A stretch of 64,000 bases of DNA from an uncultured virus (IMG/VR IMGVR_UViG_3300045825_000547) (lineage: Duplodnaviria > Heunggongvirae > Uroviricota > Caudoviricetes): the IMG/VR virus record IMGVR_UViG_3300045825_000547; one strand, given 5' to 3'. Shown here piece by piece: positions 47,296-55,742 of this stretch (position 1 is its first letter; every line of letters begins with the position of its first letter). The notes under the pieces were generated by a model. It was given only the letters and a program-made list of their open reading frames with translations, was not told the origin of the DNA and did not search any database. The translations under genes were made by a program, and so were the position numbers.

Positions 47296-48425
47296 TCTTT
47301 TATTTTTCCCTCCCTCTCTAATCTACAAAAGTGATAAGTAAGATACTCCGCGGTCTTCATACCAATTTGTCGAAATTGATGATCGTCCGCGAGAATCATC
47401 GTTCTGTCTCCTCTTCTAACGTCAGCCTCAAGCCTCTTTCCTTTATGGTACTCTCCCCGGTAAGTCAGACTTGCGCACATCGTGTGGGAATCAAGCATTA
47501 CAAATGTTCTATAAAAGCTAACGGCGCGTGAGTGATCTTTATAGGAAATTTCATACCAAACACCCGCTTCTATGATGTCCACAGGGACAAGGGTTTTGTC
47601 ATACGTGGGACCACTAGAGAAGGCATTAGCCCAAGCTGAGTCTAGTATATGCGTAAGATACTCATGTGCCTTCGGGTTATATGGGTTGAGCGCTGCCCCC
47701 TTCTCCACAAAAGTTCCAGTATTGGCACCAACCCGCGCTTGTGTAAGCTGTGCATAAAGATCAACTGCTGGGGTTGGGTCTATTATTCGTCCGAGCTTTG
47801 GTGGCTCGTCCCCCCACCAAGTTACTTGAATTTTCTCACCTGTAGCGGGGTCTTCTATCAGCTCTGTACGAAGCTGTGGGGAGGGTGGTGGGGCAAGGAG
47901 CAAGGGCTTGGTTTTGTCTTTCTCTATTTCTTTTTCAAGAAGCGGGTAAGTTTTTGCTAGGAACCATTCTTGCTCGTTCAATGTATCTGCTATCAGCTTC
48001 TCCATATTTGGTAGCGAAAACACTTCTACCAAAAACGGTTTTTTGACAAACTCCCTTTTAGTGGTTTGATGGTCTCCACCATTACGTTGTCCGGTTGCTC
48101 CATAGTCCTTCCCTTTTCGCCCAATACAACAATATACTCGGGCATCGTCGTATATCAAAAAGGAAACTGCAAGTTCATTATTCCATGAGTTTTTAGGAAG
48201 TAGTGGAAGCTCTAGTTCTTTATACGTATCCGCTTTGCTCACTTTGATCTTTCTCAAACCCTGTATGACTTTTGTAAACAAGACCCACCCTATCTCCGCA
48301 TCTTTTTTGTATTTCTCTGCTAATTGTTCTGGGGTGAGACCTTGATCGTATAGGGCTTGCCGCAGGTCTCTATCATATTTAGCCTGTACCAGAGTGTGCA
48401 GGTCAATCAGTTTTTCAATATCCAT
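47292..48425 (-). CDS. Hypothetical protein with C-terminal WY...AExL domain
   Basis: EAGVWYEI ... KTAEYL in the last ~95 aa. Confidence 0.7.
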   Translation of the reverse strand: MDIEKLIDLHTLVQAKYDRDLRQALYDQGLTPEQLAEKYKKDAEIGWVLFTKVIQGLRKIKVSKADTYKELELPLLPKNSWNNELAVSFLIYDDARVYCCIGRKGKDYGATGQRNGGDHQTTKREFVKKPFLVEVFSLPNMEKLIADTLNEQEWFLAKTYPLLEKEIEKDKTKPLLLAPPPSPQLRTELIEDPATGEKIQVTWWGDEPPKLGRIIDPTPAVDLYAQLTQARVGANTGTFVEKGAALNPYNPKAHEYLTHILDSAWANAFSSGPTYDKTLVPVDIIEAGVWYEISYKDHSRAVSFYRTFVMLDSHTMCASLTYRGEYHKGKRLEADVRRGDRTMILADDHQFRQIGMKTAEYLTYHFCRLEREGKIKE

Positions 48426-48455
48426 ATTTTTCCTTTATTCATACAATAAAATAAA

Positions 48456-48487
48456 AAAAGAAACACCTTGCTAGTTGTGTTTCTTTT
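48456..48487 (-). terminator. Terminator-like hairpin
   Basis: aaaagaaacac / gtgtttctttt with T run on the minus strand. Confidence 0.65.
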
Positions 48488-48493
48488 GTGCAG

Positions 48494-48841
48494 TTAGTTT
48501 CTAATGAACCCTCTCACCCACATCACCTGCCCGTCGGCATCTCTACCCGCAGAATATCCCGTGTCGGGGGAAATCAAATCACCTCTGGTCGGGTTGGCAA
48601 GACGCACAACCAATGAGACGATTAACCAGGTCCCTTCTTGGTGGGGTGGGAGGTTGGCAGTCTTCTCCTTGCCCAGCCTACTCACCGGGTATTTCAACCC
48701 ATTTACTACGATGTGGCCCTCCTCCTCGACGGAGGAAATGACTCTAGCGGGGGCCACCTTGGGGTCTTTTGGGAAAGTGGTGTAACCGCTCTCACACCAC
48801 ACTTCCACGTCGTGGGGTGTAAGGTTTTTTATTGTTGCCAT
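48494..48841 (-). CDS. Conserved phage hypothetical protein
   Basis: IKNLTPHDV...ARV...LP...IVS...R.DL.SP...RD..GQ; start moved to ATG 48841 (SD gaggagg). Confidence 0.7.
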   Translation of the reverse strand: MATIKNLTPHDVEVWCESGYTTFPKDPKVAPARVISSVEEEGHIVVNGLKYPVSRLGKEKTANLPPHQEGTWLIVSLVVRLANPTRGDLISPDTGYSAGRDADGQVMWVRGFIRN

Positions 48842-48879
48842 AAAATCCTCCTCCCCGCACATCCGGGGGAATATAATAA

Positions 48880-49053
48880 TTAAGTGTCTCTTCTAGCGGT
48901 GTCTAGGAAATGGCTTTGCACCACTAAGTGCTCGACTATAGCGGTGTTGCTTCCGTTTCTGGGCTTCCCCGTTATAGTGATATCCCCATTTGAGTGTGTC
49001 TCTACACACACCCAGAAATACTCTGTAATAATTGTTGTTTCACTTTTAGACAT
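48880..49053 (-). CDS. Small hypothetical protein (first gene after phage promoter)
   Basis: SD aaggagg before ATG 49053. Confidence 0.55.
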   Translation of the reverse strand: MSKSETTIITEYFWVCVETHSNGDITITGKPRNGSNTAIVEHLVVQSHFLDTARRDT

Positions 49054-49107
49054 AACGTCCTCCTTGGCAAAAATAATGCCAAAAATAATAGGTTTTTCTT
49101 TCATATA

Positions 49108-49137
49108 CTTATGCCAAGAAAAAGCTAAAAAATAACA
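49108..49137 (-). promoter_or_regulatory. Putative phage-specific promoter, copy 6
   Basis: TGTTATT-N13-TTGGCATAAG. Confidence 0.65.
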
Positions 49138-49138
49138 C

Positions 49139-49165
49139 AAAAAACTCCCCCACAAAGGAGGAGAA
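49139..49165 (-). terminator. Intrinsic terminator after the RNAP gene
   Basis: Minus strand ctcctcc...gggggag stem then T run. Confidence 0.65.
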
Positions 49166-49190
49166 ATTTATAGATTGTAGAAAGAATTTT

Positions 49191-52100
49191 CTACATTTTC
49201 TTTATTTCTATATGATCATTGATTGCAATCTGCTTATTCTCGTAAGCTTTCTTTGCATCCTCCACAGTGTTGAAGGTGTGGATAGGCTTAGCTTGGTTTG
49301 GAGAAGAGATTGCATTAAGTCCCATAATTGTTTCCTGTTGAGGAAGATGCCAGAGAGACTTGTCCAATACATGGAACAGGTTGTTAGAAGGAAGCATTTG
49401 ACGAGCTTCTGCGATGGCTTCGTTGCTGATCGGGAGATGACAGGTCGCTGTATCAAACACAACCCACGAGGACTCTGTGACCATTGTGAAGTCTGGTGGA
49501 ATTGTGAGGTCGTATGCTTCGGTGAGATCCGGAACTGGTGTGATCTCTACCACATTTTCCCAATGTGTATTTTCATCAAGCACCCATTCTTTCCAACGAA
49601 CCCAGAAAGGAGATTTGTCAAGTTCAGGCAGGTTGAGTGCAAGGATTGATTTACAGTTCCCCATAGTAAGGAAAGGAGATCTGCCGTTTTTCCCTTTCAC
49701 TATATCGTTTAGTGTAGTGTAGAGAGAACAACGTGCAGAGATGTTTGCCATTTTCACAGGATCGTCAGATACAGGAATGTTAGTTCCTTTCTTGAACTTT
49801 CTAGGAGCTCCCACCATCTTCTGAAGCTCTGCAACTCTTTCCACAGAGGTAGGTGGGCCATAGAACTCTCTGTCCACATCTACATCTCTTGCTTGAAGGA
49901 GGTTAGCTTGTTTGAGTGGGTGAGAAAGTACAATCATAGACTTTAATCTATACACACTATCACTACTAAAGAACACTGTGTAACAGACTCCCCCAGCAGG
50001 TGTTTTGCCAACTGTCACGCCAACAGATAAACCAAGAGTATTACCGAGTGCAACGATCTCAAAGGCTAATCTTTCTGATGTGGTGGTTATGTTTAAGTTC
50101 GCTTGTGGCTTGTCTTTTCTCTTGCCTGAAGCATTTATATCCATAGCACCGTCTGTGTCAATCAACCCAGCAAGGAGGCCTTTTCTGAAAGCAATCGGGG
50201 ACTCTAAAAAGAAATCAGGGAAGTGTTTGTTCTGTGCTTTGTGCCCAACCCATTCTTTTATTAAAGGCCCAAGCATACCTGCAGCAGACCAAGTAACTTT
50301 AGCCGATTCACAATCATAGCCTTGGTATGTGTGGTCGTTGTTTACCCAAGACAAGTGAACTTTATCCCCGTTAGCTGCAACAATGTTTTCTTGTATTATT
50401 TTTTCCCATCTAGCATCCATCGCTTTGGTGGTAGATGCAAAACATAAATAAAATTGACTACTATGGTTACCCGCAGAGATCCAACCATCTCCCACAATAC
50501 AACCAATCAAATAACCGGTGTCGTAGTTTAATGGCATTTTTTCTCTTAGAATATGTTTATGTCCTTCGTTATTTACTGGTAACACCACTTCGTCTAGTGA
50601 GTGCTCATACACTGGTTTTGTTCTAATCGGAACAAGCATCTGTTCTTTTGGTTCAGATTTTACTATGTTTAAGTCTTTGTCTAGTGTTACCAAAGAGTGA
50701 TCTTTAGAACAGATAACGGTTCTGTGACGATTGGTTTTCACGTTAACCATGGTCAGGCCCCTATGAACAGAGAAAGACTCTGGCTTAAGCCATTTGTATT
50801 CTCTATCGTTTCCAAGAACTAACACTTCCACACCTTCCGGTACATCGTAGAAATCTGTGTTTTCCTTTGTTCTTTTGGTTTCCTCAAGTCTAGGGAAATC
50901 TTTTAAAAGAGTGAGCCCGTTTTTGTAAAGCACTCTGTTGTTAATTGGCATCTGATCATTGTCCTTTTCTGACAAAATATTGTTATAAGAAACTTCGGTT
51001 TCCTTCGTTTCCTTATGCCAAGAATTATAGCAGAATTTCCCTTGGGTGTCAACTATCTGAGATCGCTGAAACACTGATGAATAACACGAATCACCGTCAA
51101 AATCCATATTAAAGCCCTTCACTGCCATAGTACTCATGTGTATTGTCTTACCCTCAACAATAGTTGGGTTGAACGCCACGAACGAGTGCTTATGAAGACT
51201 TGGCGCTCTGTTGAGCATTACAGGTCTCTTAGCCATCTCATTAACCAGCATAGTGTGGGCAAGTGGGGTTTGCTTCTCTAATTCTTCTTTTGCTCTAGGG
51301 ATCGAGAACCCATTCTTTACCATTTCCCCTGCCACAAAGTTTCCGTACAATTTCCATGCCATTGGCTTCGGAATCCCCACTTCATCGAGCCCCATTTTTG
51401 GGTTAGGCGCTACTGTAGCTCTACCTACTAAATCTTGCACTCTACTAAGTAGTTTAGATTGGAAGAATCCCATTTTCGGTTGTGTTCCTACTAACACTTT
51501 TAGGAACCCGCTTGGGTCTCTATTCTTATTAGCAGCCATGTCCCCTGCTGTGGGGTCGAGTCCTTGTAGCTTCTGTACACTCTCGTGAAGCCCTTTATAT
51601 CGTTCCAAGTTAATTGGGTCATTTGGCCCGAGTGCTTGGCTTAAAGGGTCACTCAAGAGCTTATTAAAGTGCACCACTTCTTGGTACAATCTGTTAGCAT
51701 CTGTAACCACGGTCTTTCCTTTCTCATCTGGGTAGATAGGGCGGAATTTAGGAGGAATAATTGGTATCACATTATTCACATAGGCATCTACTGGGTGAAG
51801 CTTCATAGAGTCTAAAGCGGATAAGTACTTTATCTTCTTGATTAAAGAATCCTTTTTATCAAGGGTTTTTGCACCAGCTAACTCGTGGTGATATTTCTGA
51901 AGATCTGCTTTCACATTGATCTTTTTCAAGGCAGCTTGGAAGGCTTCAGCGCCTCTCATTTGTTTTCCATCTACCATCATGTGAGCTGAGCCATCTGCTA
52001 CGGCTTTGAATGTCTTTTGGTCTATATCTAGCAAACTTCTTATTGGTTTCTCATACATGCTGTTCACTACGGGACGAGCTAATTGGATATGAGTCCAATG

Positions 52101-55100
52101 ATTCCCTGCTAATCCTCCTGTGAGTCCTTGGTCAAATAATCCGCCTTTCTCTGGACGGAAATTTAAGCCTGTTACAGGATCTGGTTTCTCCATAACGAGG
52201 GCAGCATCTTTTATTTCTCCTTTGCTTCTTGCCAACACGTCTTTATCAGTGAGAGGCATAACTTGGAGATTGTTTCCTTCTCTTTTCACGTTAATCCCCA
52301 TCCCGTTTAGATAGGTTTCCACTTTATTCCATGTGAAAGTAGATTTAGGTTTAGGGAGAGGCTTTCCTCCTAACACTGCAGCCCAAAGTTCTGGGTTGTA
52401 CTCAGCTTTATATGTTGCCATTTCTCTAAGAATGTTCTTGGTGTGGCCATAACCTAGCACGGCATAAAGATCTAAGTTTCCTACAGCCTTACTTCCTTCT
52501 TCTCCTCCTCTCACTGGCCTCATATCTATGTCATATTCCCCACCTGCTCTTGCTGCGAAGTTTCCTTCTGTTTGTTTAGAGAGTTTATATATGTACTGAA
52601 CACCGCTCAATATTTTAGGAATCTTTTTGCCAGTAGTTGGGTCTATGTAGGTTTCTTCTGTCTTAACTCCTGCAGCTTTGGCAGTAGCATTGATGTCTTC
52701 CCAGGTGTTTTTTCCATTAAAGTTCTTGTAGAATTCTGCTTTGTTTCCTTTAGCTTTCAATACTTTCCCAAGCACGGTTTCAAATACTTGTCCATTGTTC
52801 ATACGGGAATTAAGTCCTGCAGGATTCAATAACACATCAGGGATATGACCTTCTGCTGTTTTAGGAGCTTCGTGATCCGGAATGATTAGCCCGACAATCC
52901 CTTTGTTCCCATATCTACCACTGTTGCCACAGAATCTTTCTTTTCCATTTCTTCTTACGTATAGATTCCCTGTAGCAGTTGTTAGGCAGTACACCGGTTG
53001 GTCGTAGTCTTCTTCCACAACAAATACGGAATTGATGTCTTTTTTCTTTTTAAGATAGAAGTTGTTATTTTTGTCTTGTCTTATCTGTATAAAACTGAAA
53101 TACCCCCTTCCTACTTCTATGGCTTTTTTCTTAGTAGCTTCTGTAGCACCTGCGTCAAAGAACCCGAACAAATCGTGTTTATCTGTAACAAATATGTCCA
53201 CGTCTTTACCAGCACGTCTAACCATTCTTCCGCCTTCTGGGAATACATGGATAGCTCTAGGCTCTTCCCATATAACTGCTTGTTTTTTAAAGCTAGGTCC
53301 TGTAACTAATTGTGCTATTCTATCTTTAATGGAAATATCTGTGATGTATTTCCAACCTTTGTCTGTTAACACCTCGGTTAGGGCATCATAGCAAAGCTTA
53401 TCCCCTAGCTGAAGCGGCGCCACAGCCTCGATTATAACCTTTATAAATCCTGGCTGGGCTATCACGTCCTTCACTCTTCCTGGGTAGTTCTTATCCCAAG
53501 CAAGGCTTATATCTCCGAACGGGTTAGATATTCTGTCCACAGCTTTTCCTGAAAGAAGAATTTCCGGGTTAGCTCTTTTCTTTTTAAGGGCAAGAATGAG
53601 CGGGTCTCCTTGCACTACTGTTGCTCCTTTCTTCACCACACTTCCATTGAGATTTGCAATCTGCGATGGCGAATATTTGTTAGGATACCAAGCTTTATAC
53701 TTAGCAGCATCTACCAATACTGAGTCATCTGGGATCTCTAGTTCTTCTTGAAAGATGTGATTAGATGAAAATTTGTTAGCACCTGTCTGTGTAACCACCA
53801 CAGCATCCTCGAAGTTGTACCCTTTGTACGGAATGTACGCTACGTTGGCATTAATTCCTATTGCCATCTTTCCATCTTTAGCATAATTATGCTCTGCAAT
53901 GATAGAGCCTTTCTTCACTGTGTCTCCCACCTTCACAGTTGGGGTGGAATGTAGGTAAGAGTGGTAGTTAAGAGGAAATTCATGAGGAATAAAATGGGTG
54001 ATGGCTTTTCCATCGGTTCCTGCTATGTGAATTTCCGAATCAGATATCTTAGTTACTTTTCCATCCACTTTTGCTTTCGGGTGATACACACTTGTGATCA
54101 ATTTATTGGCAGATGTGTCAACTAATGGTGGCTCTCTGTCAACTAACGACAAAGCTTGGGTAGTCATCTTTGCCCCCATGGCAGTTCTTTGTCCTTGAGA
54201 GTTAGCGAGGAACGGGAGCGCGCCTGTAGTCACTGTGTAGATGGCTTCGGAAGGAATAAGGAAGTCTAGTTTGCTCTTAGGTACTTCTGTTATCTTCCCT
54301 TTATGGAAAGCTCTCACCATATTTCCCGGCTGAGTTGGTTCGTTCTCCACACACACGTATTTATCGAATGCACTTACGTGGTCTATGTTTTCATATTTAC
54401 CAGTTTTGGCATTTTTCCAAGTAGATACAAGTTTATCTCCTTTTTTGGTAGTAAGCATACCCAATCTCAAGTCAATTCCCGCTCTCATATTGTCTGGCGT
54501 TCTTACTGGGTCAATAAAACCCATGTGAGAGGGGTGAAGGTTACGCGCATCTTTAGGAAGACTTTCTGTGGAACTGATTCCCCCTTCCCCTAACGAGGTG
54601 ATTTTGTGTGCATTCTCCATAAACTCGTAAGGATTGACCTGCATTGGGTAATTCACAATGTCCGAGTCAACAAAGAAGCCTCGCAAGTGAGAATCAAAGG
54701 CACTTCTTAGCCCTGTTCTAGATGGATTGGTTGCTGCATCTATTTTAAACTTCAATTTGTTAATAGTTTGTGGAGCGAGCTTGGTGAACTTTTCATAGAG
54801 GAAATCTTCAGCAGAGTGCATACTCTTAAATGCCAAATTATCTTTCCAAGTTGGGTCAGCTTCTCCTTTATATATACTCATTACTTCTTTAGCTGCGTGA
54901 ATTAGGGGGGCAGCCTCAACTTTTGTGTAACCCACGCCTAGAGTCTTTTTATTAGTCTCCGGGTCCATTATGGTTTTATCAAATTTCTCTTTTATTGCCA
55001 TTGCCATCCCTTCTGTGGTGGTAGGTTTAGGGAGACGATTCCCTTTATGGAGAAGATCGTATAATTGGCCTAAATGGGTGTCCATTTTCCCTGCAGTTTT

Positions 55101-55679
55101 GGCAACTTGGTCTAAATGCATCTCGGTGCCAAATGCTTTGGCTAATTCGGCGTCTGGTGTTTTATACACTCCTTTAAGAATAGAGTAAAGGGGGACATTA
55201 CTCTTGTTTACGCTCACGTTGAAGAGTCCTTTACTGGGCTGGTAGGTGAGTTCCATGTTCTTTCCCTTAGCTAAGTTGAAATCCGCCTGTGCCACACCTA
55301 GTCTATCAAGTTTAGTGTAGATTGCTGGGCGAAGACGCATTTGTGTGGAAGCAGAATACTCTTTTCCATTTAATATAATAGAGTGACGGTTGGTGATAGA
55401 AGGAATAAATCCTAGCTTCACTTTCTTACTCTTCCCTATACTTTTGCCAGTGCTTTTCTCTACGAGTTCCATATCCCCGTACATGTTAACGCCCTCAGTT
55501 CCTCTTTTATAAAGAATGTCTTTTTGACGAGCGTAATCATCTGGTGCAGGGAGGGGATCGAAATGGATGTTGTCCACTTTTAATATGTTCCTACGCCCCT
55601 CAATGGTACTGTATTTCTCGTCTATAGCCTTCTTAACACTATTTTGCATATCGAGTGAGTATTGTACTGGATCTTTCAT
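49191..55679 (-). CDS. DNA-directed RNA polymerase, fused beta + N-terminal beta' subunit, with two inteins
   Basis: Beta motifs RNLHPSHMGFIDPVRTP, RTAMGAKMTTQA, GYNFEDA, GDKL|SGRYGNKG, DVLLNPAG..SRMN.GQ; beta' motifs GGLFD, VIPIIPPKFRP, PVMLNRAPSLHK, catalytic NMDFDGD|TATCHLP. Confidence 0.95.
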   Translation of the reverse strand: MKDPVQYSLDMQNSVKKAIDEKYSTIEGRRNILKVDNIHFDPLPAPDDYARQKDILYKRGTEGVNMYGDMELVEKSTGKSIGKSKKVKLGFIPSITNRHSIILNGKEYSASTQMRLRPAIYTKLDRLGVAQADFNLAKGKNMELTYQPSKGLFNVSVNKSNVPLYSILKGVYKTPDAELAKAFGTEMHLDQVAKTAGKMDTHLGQLYDLLHKGNRLPKPTTTEGMAMAIKEKFDKTIMDPETNKKTLGVGYTKVEAAPLIHAAKEVMSIYKGEADPTWKDNLAFKSMHSAEDFLYEKFTKLAPQTINKLKFKIDAATNPSRTGLRSAFDSHLRGFFVDSDIVNYPMQVNPYEFMENAHKITSLGEGGISSTESLPKDARNLHPSHMGFIDPVRTPDNMRAGIDLRLGMLTTKKGDKLVSTWKNAKTGKYENIDHVSAFDKYVCVENEPTQPGNMVRAFHKGKITEVPKSKLDFLIPSEAIYTVTTGALPFLANSQGQRTAMGAKMTTQALSLVDREPPLVDTSANKLITSVYHPKAKVDGKVTKISDSEIHIAGTDGKAITHFIPHEFPLNYHSYLHSTPTVKVGDTVKKGSIIAEHNYAKDGKMAIGINANVAYIPYKGYNFEDAVVVTQTGANKFSSNHIFQEELEIPDDSVLVDAAKYKAWYPNKYSPSQIANLNGSVVKKGATVVQGDPLILALKKKRANPEILLSGKAVDRISNPFGDISLAWDKNYPGRVKDVIAQPGFIKVIIEAVAPLQLGDKLCYDALTEVLTDKGWKYITDISIKDRIAQLVTGPSFKKQAVIWEEPRAIHVFPEGGRMVRRAGKDVDIFVTDKHDLFGFFDAGATEATKKKAIEVGRGYFSFIQIRQDKNNNFYLKKKKDINSVFVVEEDYDQPVYCLTTATGNLYVRRNGKERFCGNSGRYGNKGIVGLIIPDHEAPKTAEGHIPDVLLNPAGLNSRMNNGQVFETVLGKVLKAKGNKAEFYKNFNGKNTWEDINATAKAAGVKTEETYIDPTTGKKIPKILSGVQYIYKLSKQTEGNFAARAGGEYDIDMRPVRGGEEGSKAVGNLDLYAVLGYGHTKNILREMATYKAEYNPELWAAVLGGKPLPKPKSTFTWNKVETYLNGMGINVKREGNNLQVMPLTDKDVLARSKGEIKDAALVMEKPDPVTGLNFRPEKGGLFDQGLTGGLAGNHWTHIQLARPVVNSMYEKPIRSLLDIDQKTFKAVADGSAHMMVDGKQMRGAEAFQAALKKINVKADLQKYHHELAGAKTLDKKDSLIKKIKYLSALDSMKLHPVDAYVNNVIPIIPPKFRPIYPDEKGKTVVTDANRLYQEVVHFNKLLSDPLSQALGPNDPINLERYKGLHESVQKLQGLDPTAGDMAANKNRDPSGFLKVLVGTQPKMGFFQSKLLSRVQDLVGRATVAPNPKMGLDEVGIPKPMAWKLYGNFVAGEMVKNGFSIPRAKEELEKQTPLAHTMLVNEMAKRPVMLNRAPSLHKHSFVAFNPTIVEGKTIHMSTMAVKGFNMDFDGDSCYSSVFQRSQIVDTQGKFCYNSWHKETKETEVSYNNILSEKDNDQMPINNRVLYKNGLTLLKDFPRLEETKRTKENTDFYDVPEGVEVLVLGNDREYKWLKPESFSVHRGLTMVNVKTNRHRTVICSKDHSLVTLDKDLNIVKSEPKEQMLVPIRTKPVYEHSLDEVVLPVNNEGHKHILREKMPLNYDTGYLIGCIVGDGWISAGNHSSQFYLCFASTTKAMDARWEKIIQENIVAANGDKVHLSWVNNDHTYQGYDCESAKVTWSAAGMLGPLIKEWVGHKAQNKHFPDFFLESPIAFRKGLLAGLIDTDGAMDINASGKRKDKPQANLNITTTSERLAFEIVALGNTLGLSVGVTVGKTPAGGVCYTVFFSSDSVYRLKSMIVLSHPLKQANLLQARDVDVDREFYGPPTSVERVAELQKMVGAPRKFKKGTNIPVSDDPVKMANISARCSLYTTLNDIVKGKNGRSPFLTMGNCKSILALNLPELDKSPFWVRWKEWVLDENTHWENVVEITPVPDLTEAYDLTIPPDFTMVTESSWVVFDTATCHLPISNEAIAEARQMLPSNNLFHVLDKSLWHLPQQETIMGLNAISSPNQAKPIHTFNTVEDAKKAYENKQIAINDHIEIKKM
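49452..51089 (-). mobile_element. LAGLIDADG homing-endonuclease intein (546 aa) directly after the catalytic DFDGD
   Basis: Starts SCYSSV; block B CSKDHSL; YLIGCIVGDG and LLAGLIDTDG; block F AYDLTIP; ends WVVFD|T. Removal gives NMDFDGD-TATCHLPIS, matching cellular NADFDGDQMAVHVPLS. Confidence 0.88.
51012..51052 (-). promoter_or_regulatory. Overlapping sigma70-consensus promoter and phage promoter (copy 7) inside the intein coding sequence
   Basis: TTGACA(51052-51047)-N17-TATAAT(51029-51024) with extended TG; GGGAAAT-N13-TTGGCATAAG(51021-51012). Confidence 0.8.
52923..53393 (-). mobile_element. Mini-intein (157 aa) in the RNAP beta GDK..GRxGNKG motif
   Basis: CYDALTEVLTDKGW ... VTDKHDL ... 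VYCLTTATGNLYVRRNGKERFCGN|S. Confidence 0.92.
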
Positions 55680-55696
55680 TTTGGTCCTCCGGAATT

Positions 55697-55738
55697 TGCT
55701 ACAATTGTAATTATATGCACGATTACAACGAGGAACAA
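55697..55738. promoter_or_regulatory. Overlapping sigma70-type promoters for the RNAP gene (-) and head operon (+)
   Basis: - strand TTGTTC-N17-TATAAT (55738-55710); + strand TGCTACAAT (55697-55705); palindrome tacaattgta. Confidence 0.55.
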
Positions 55739-55742
55739 CCCT

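Noticed and set aside
49208..55188. Short antisense or alternate-frame ORFs over the RNAP, RNR, terminase and structural genes
   Set aside because: Shadows of long genuine genes, with no SD or recognisable motifs.
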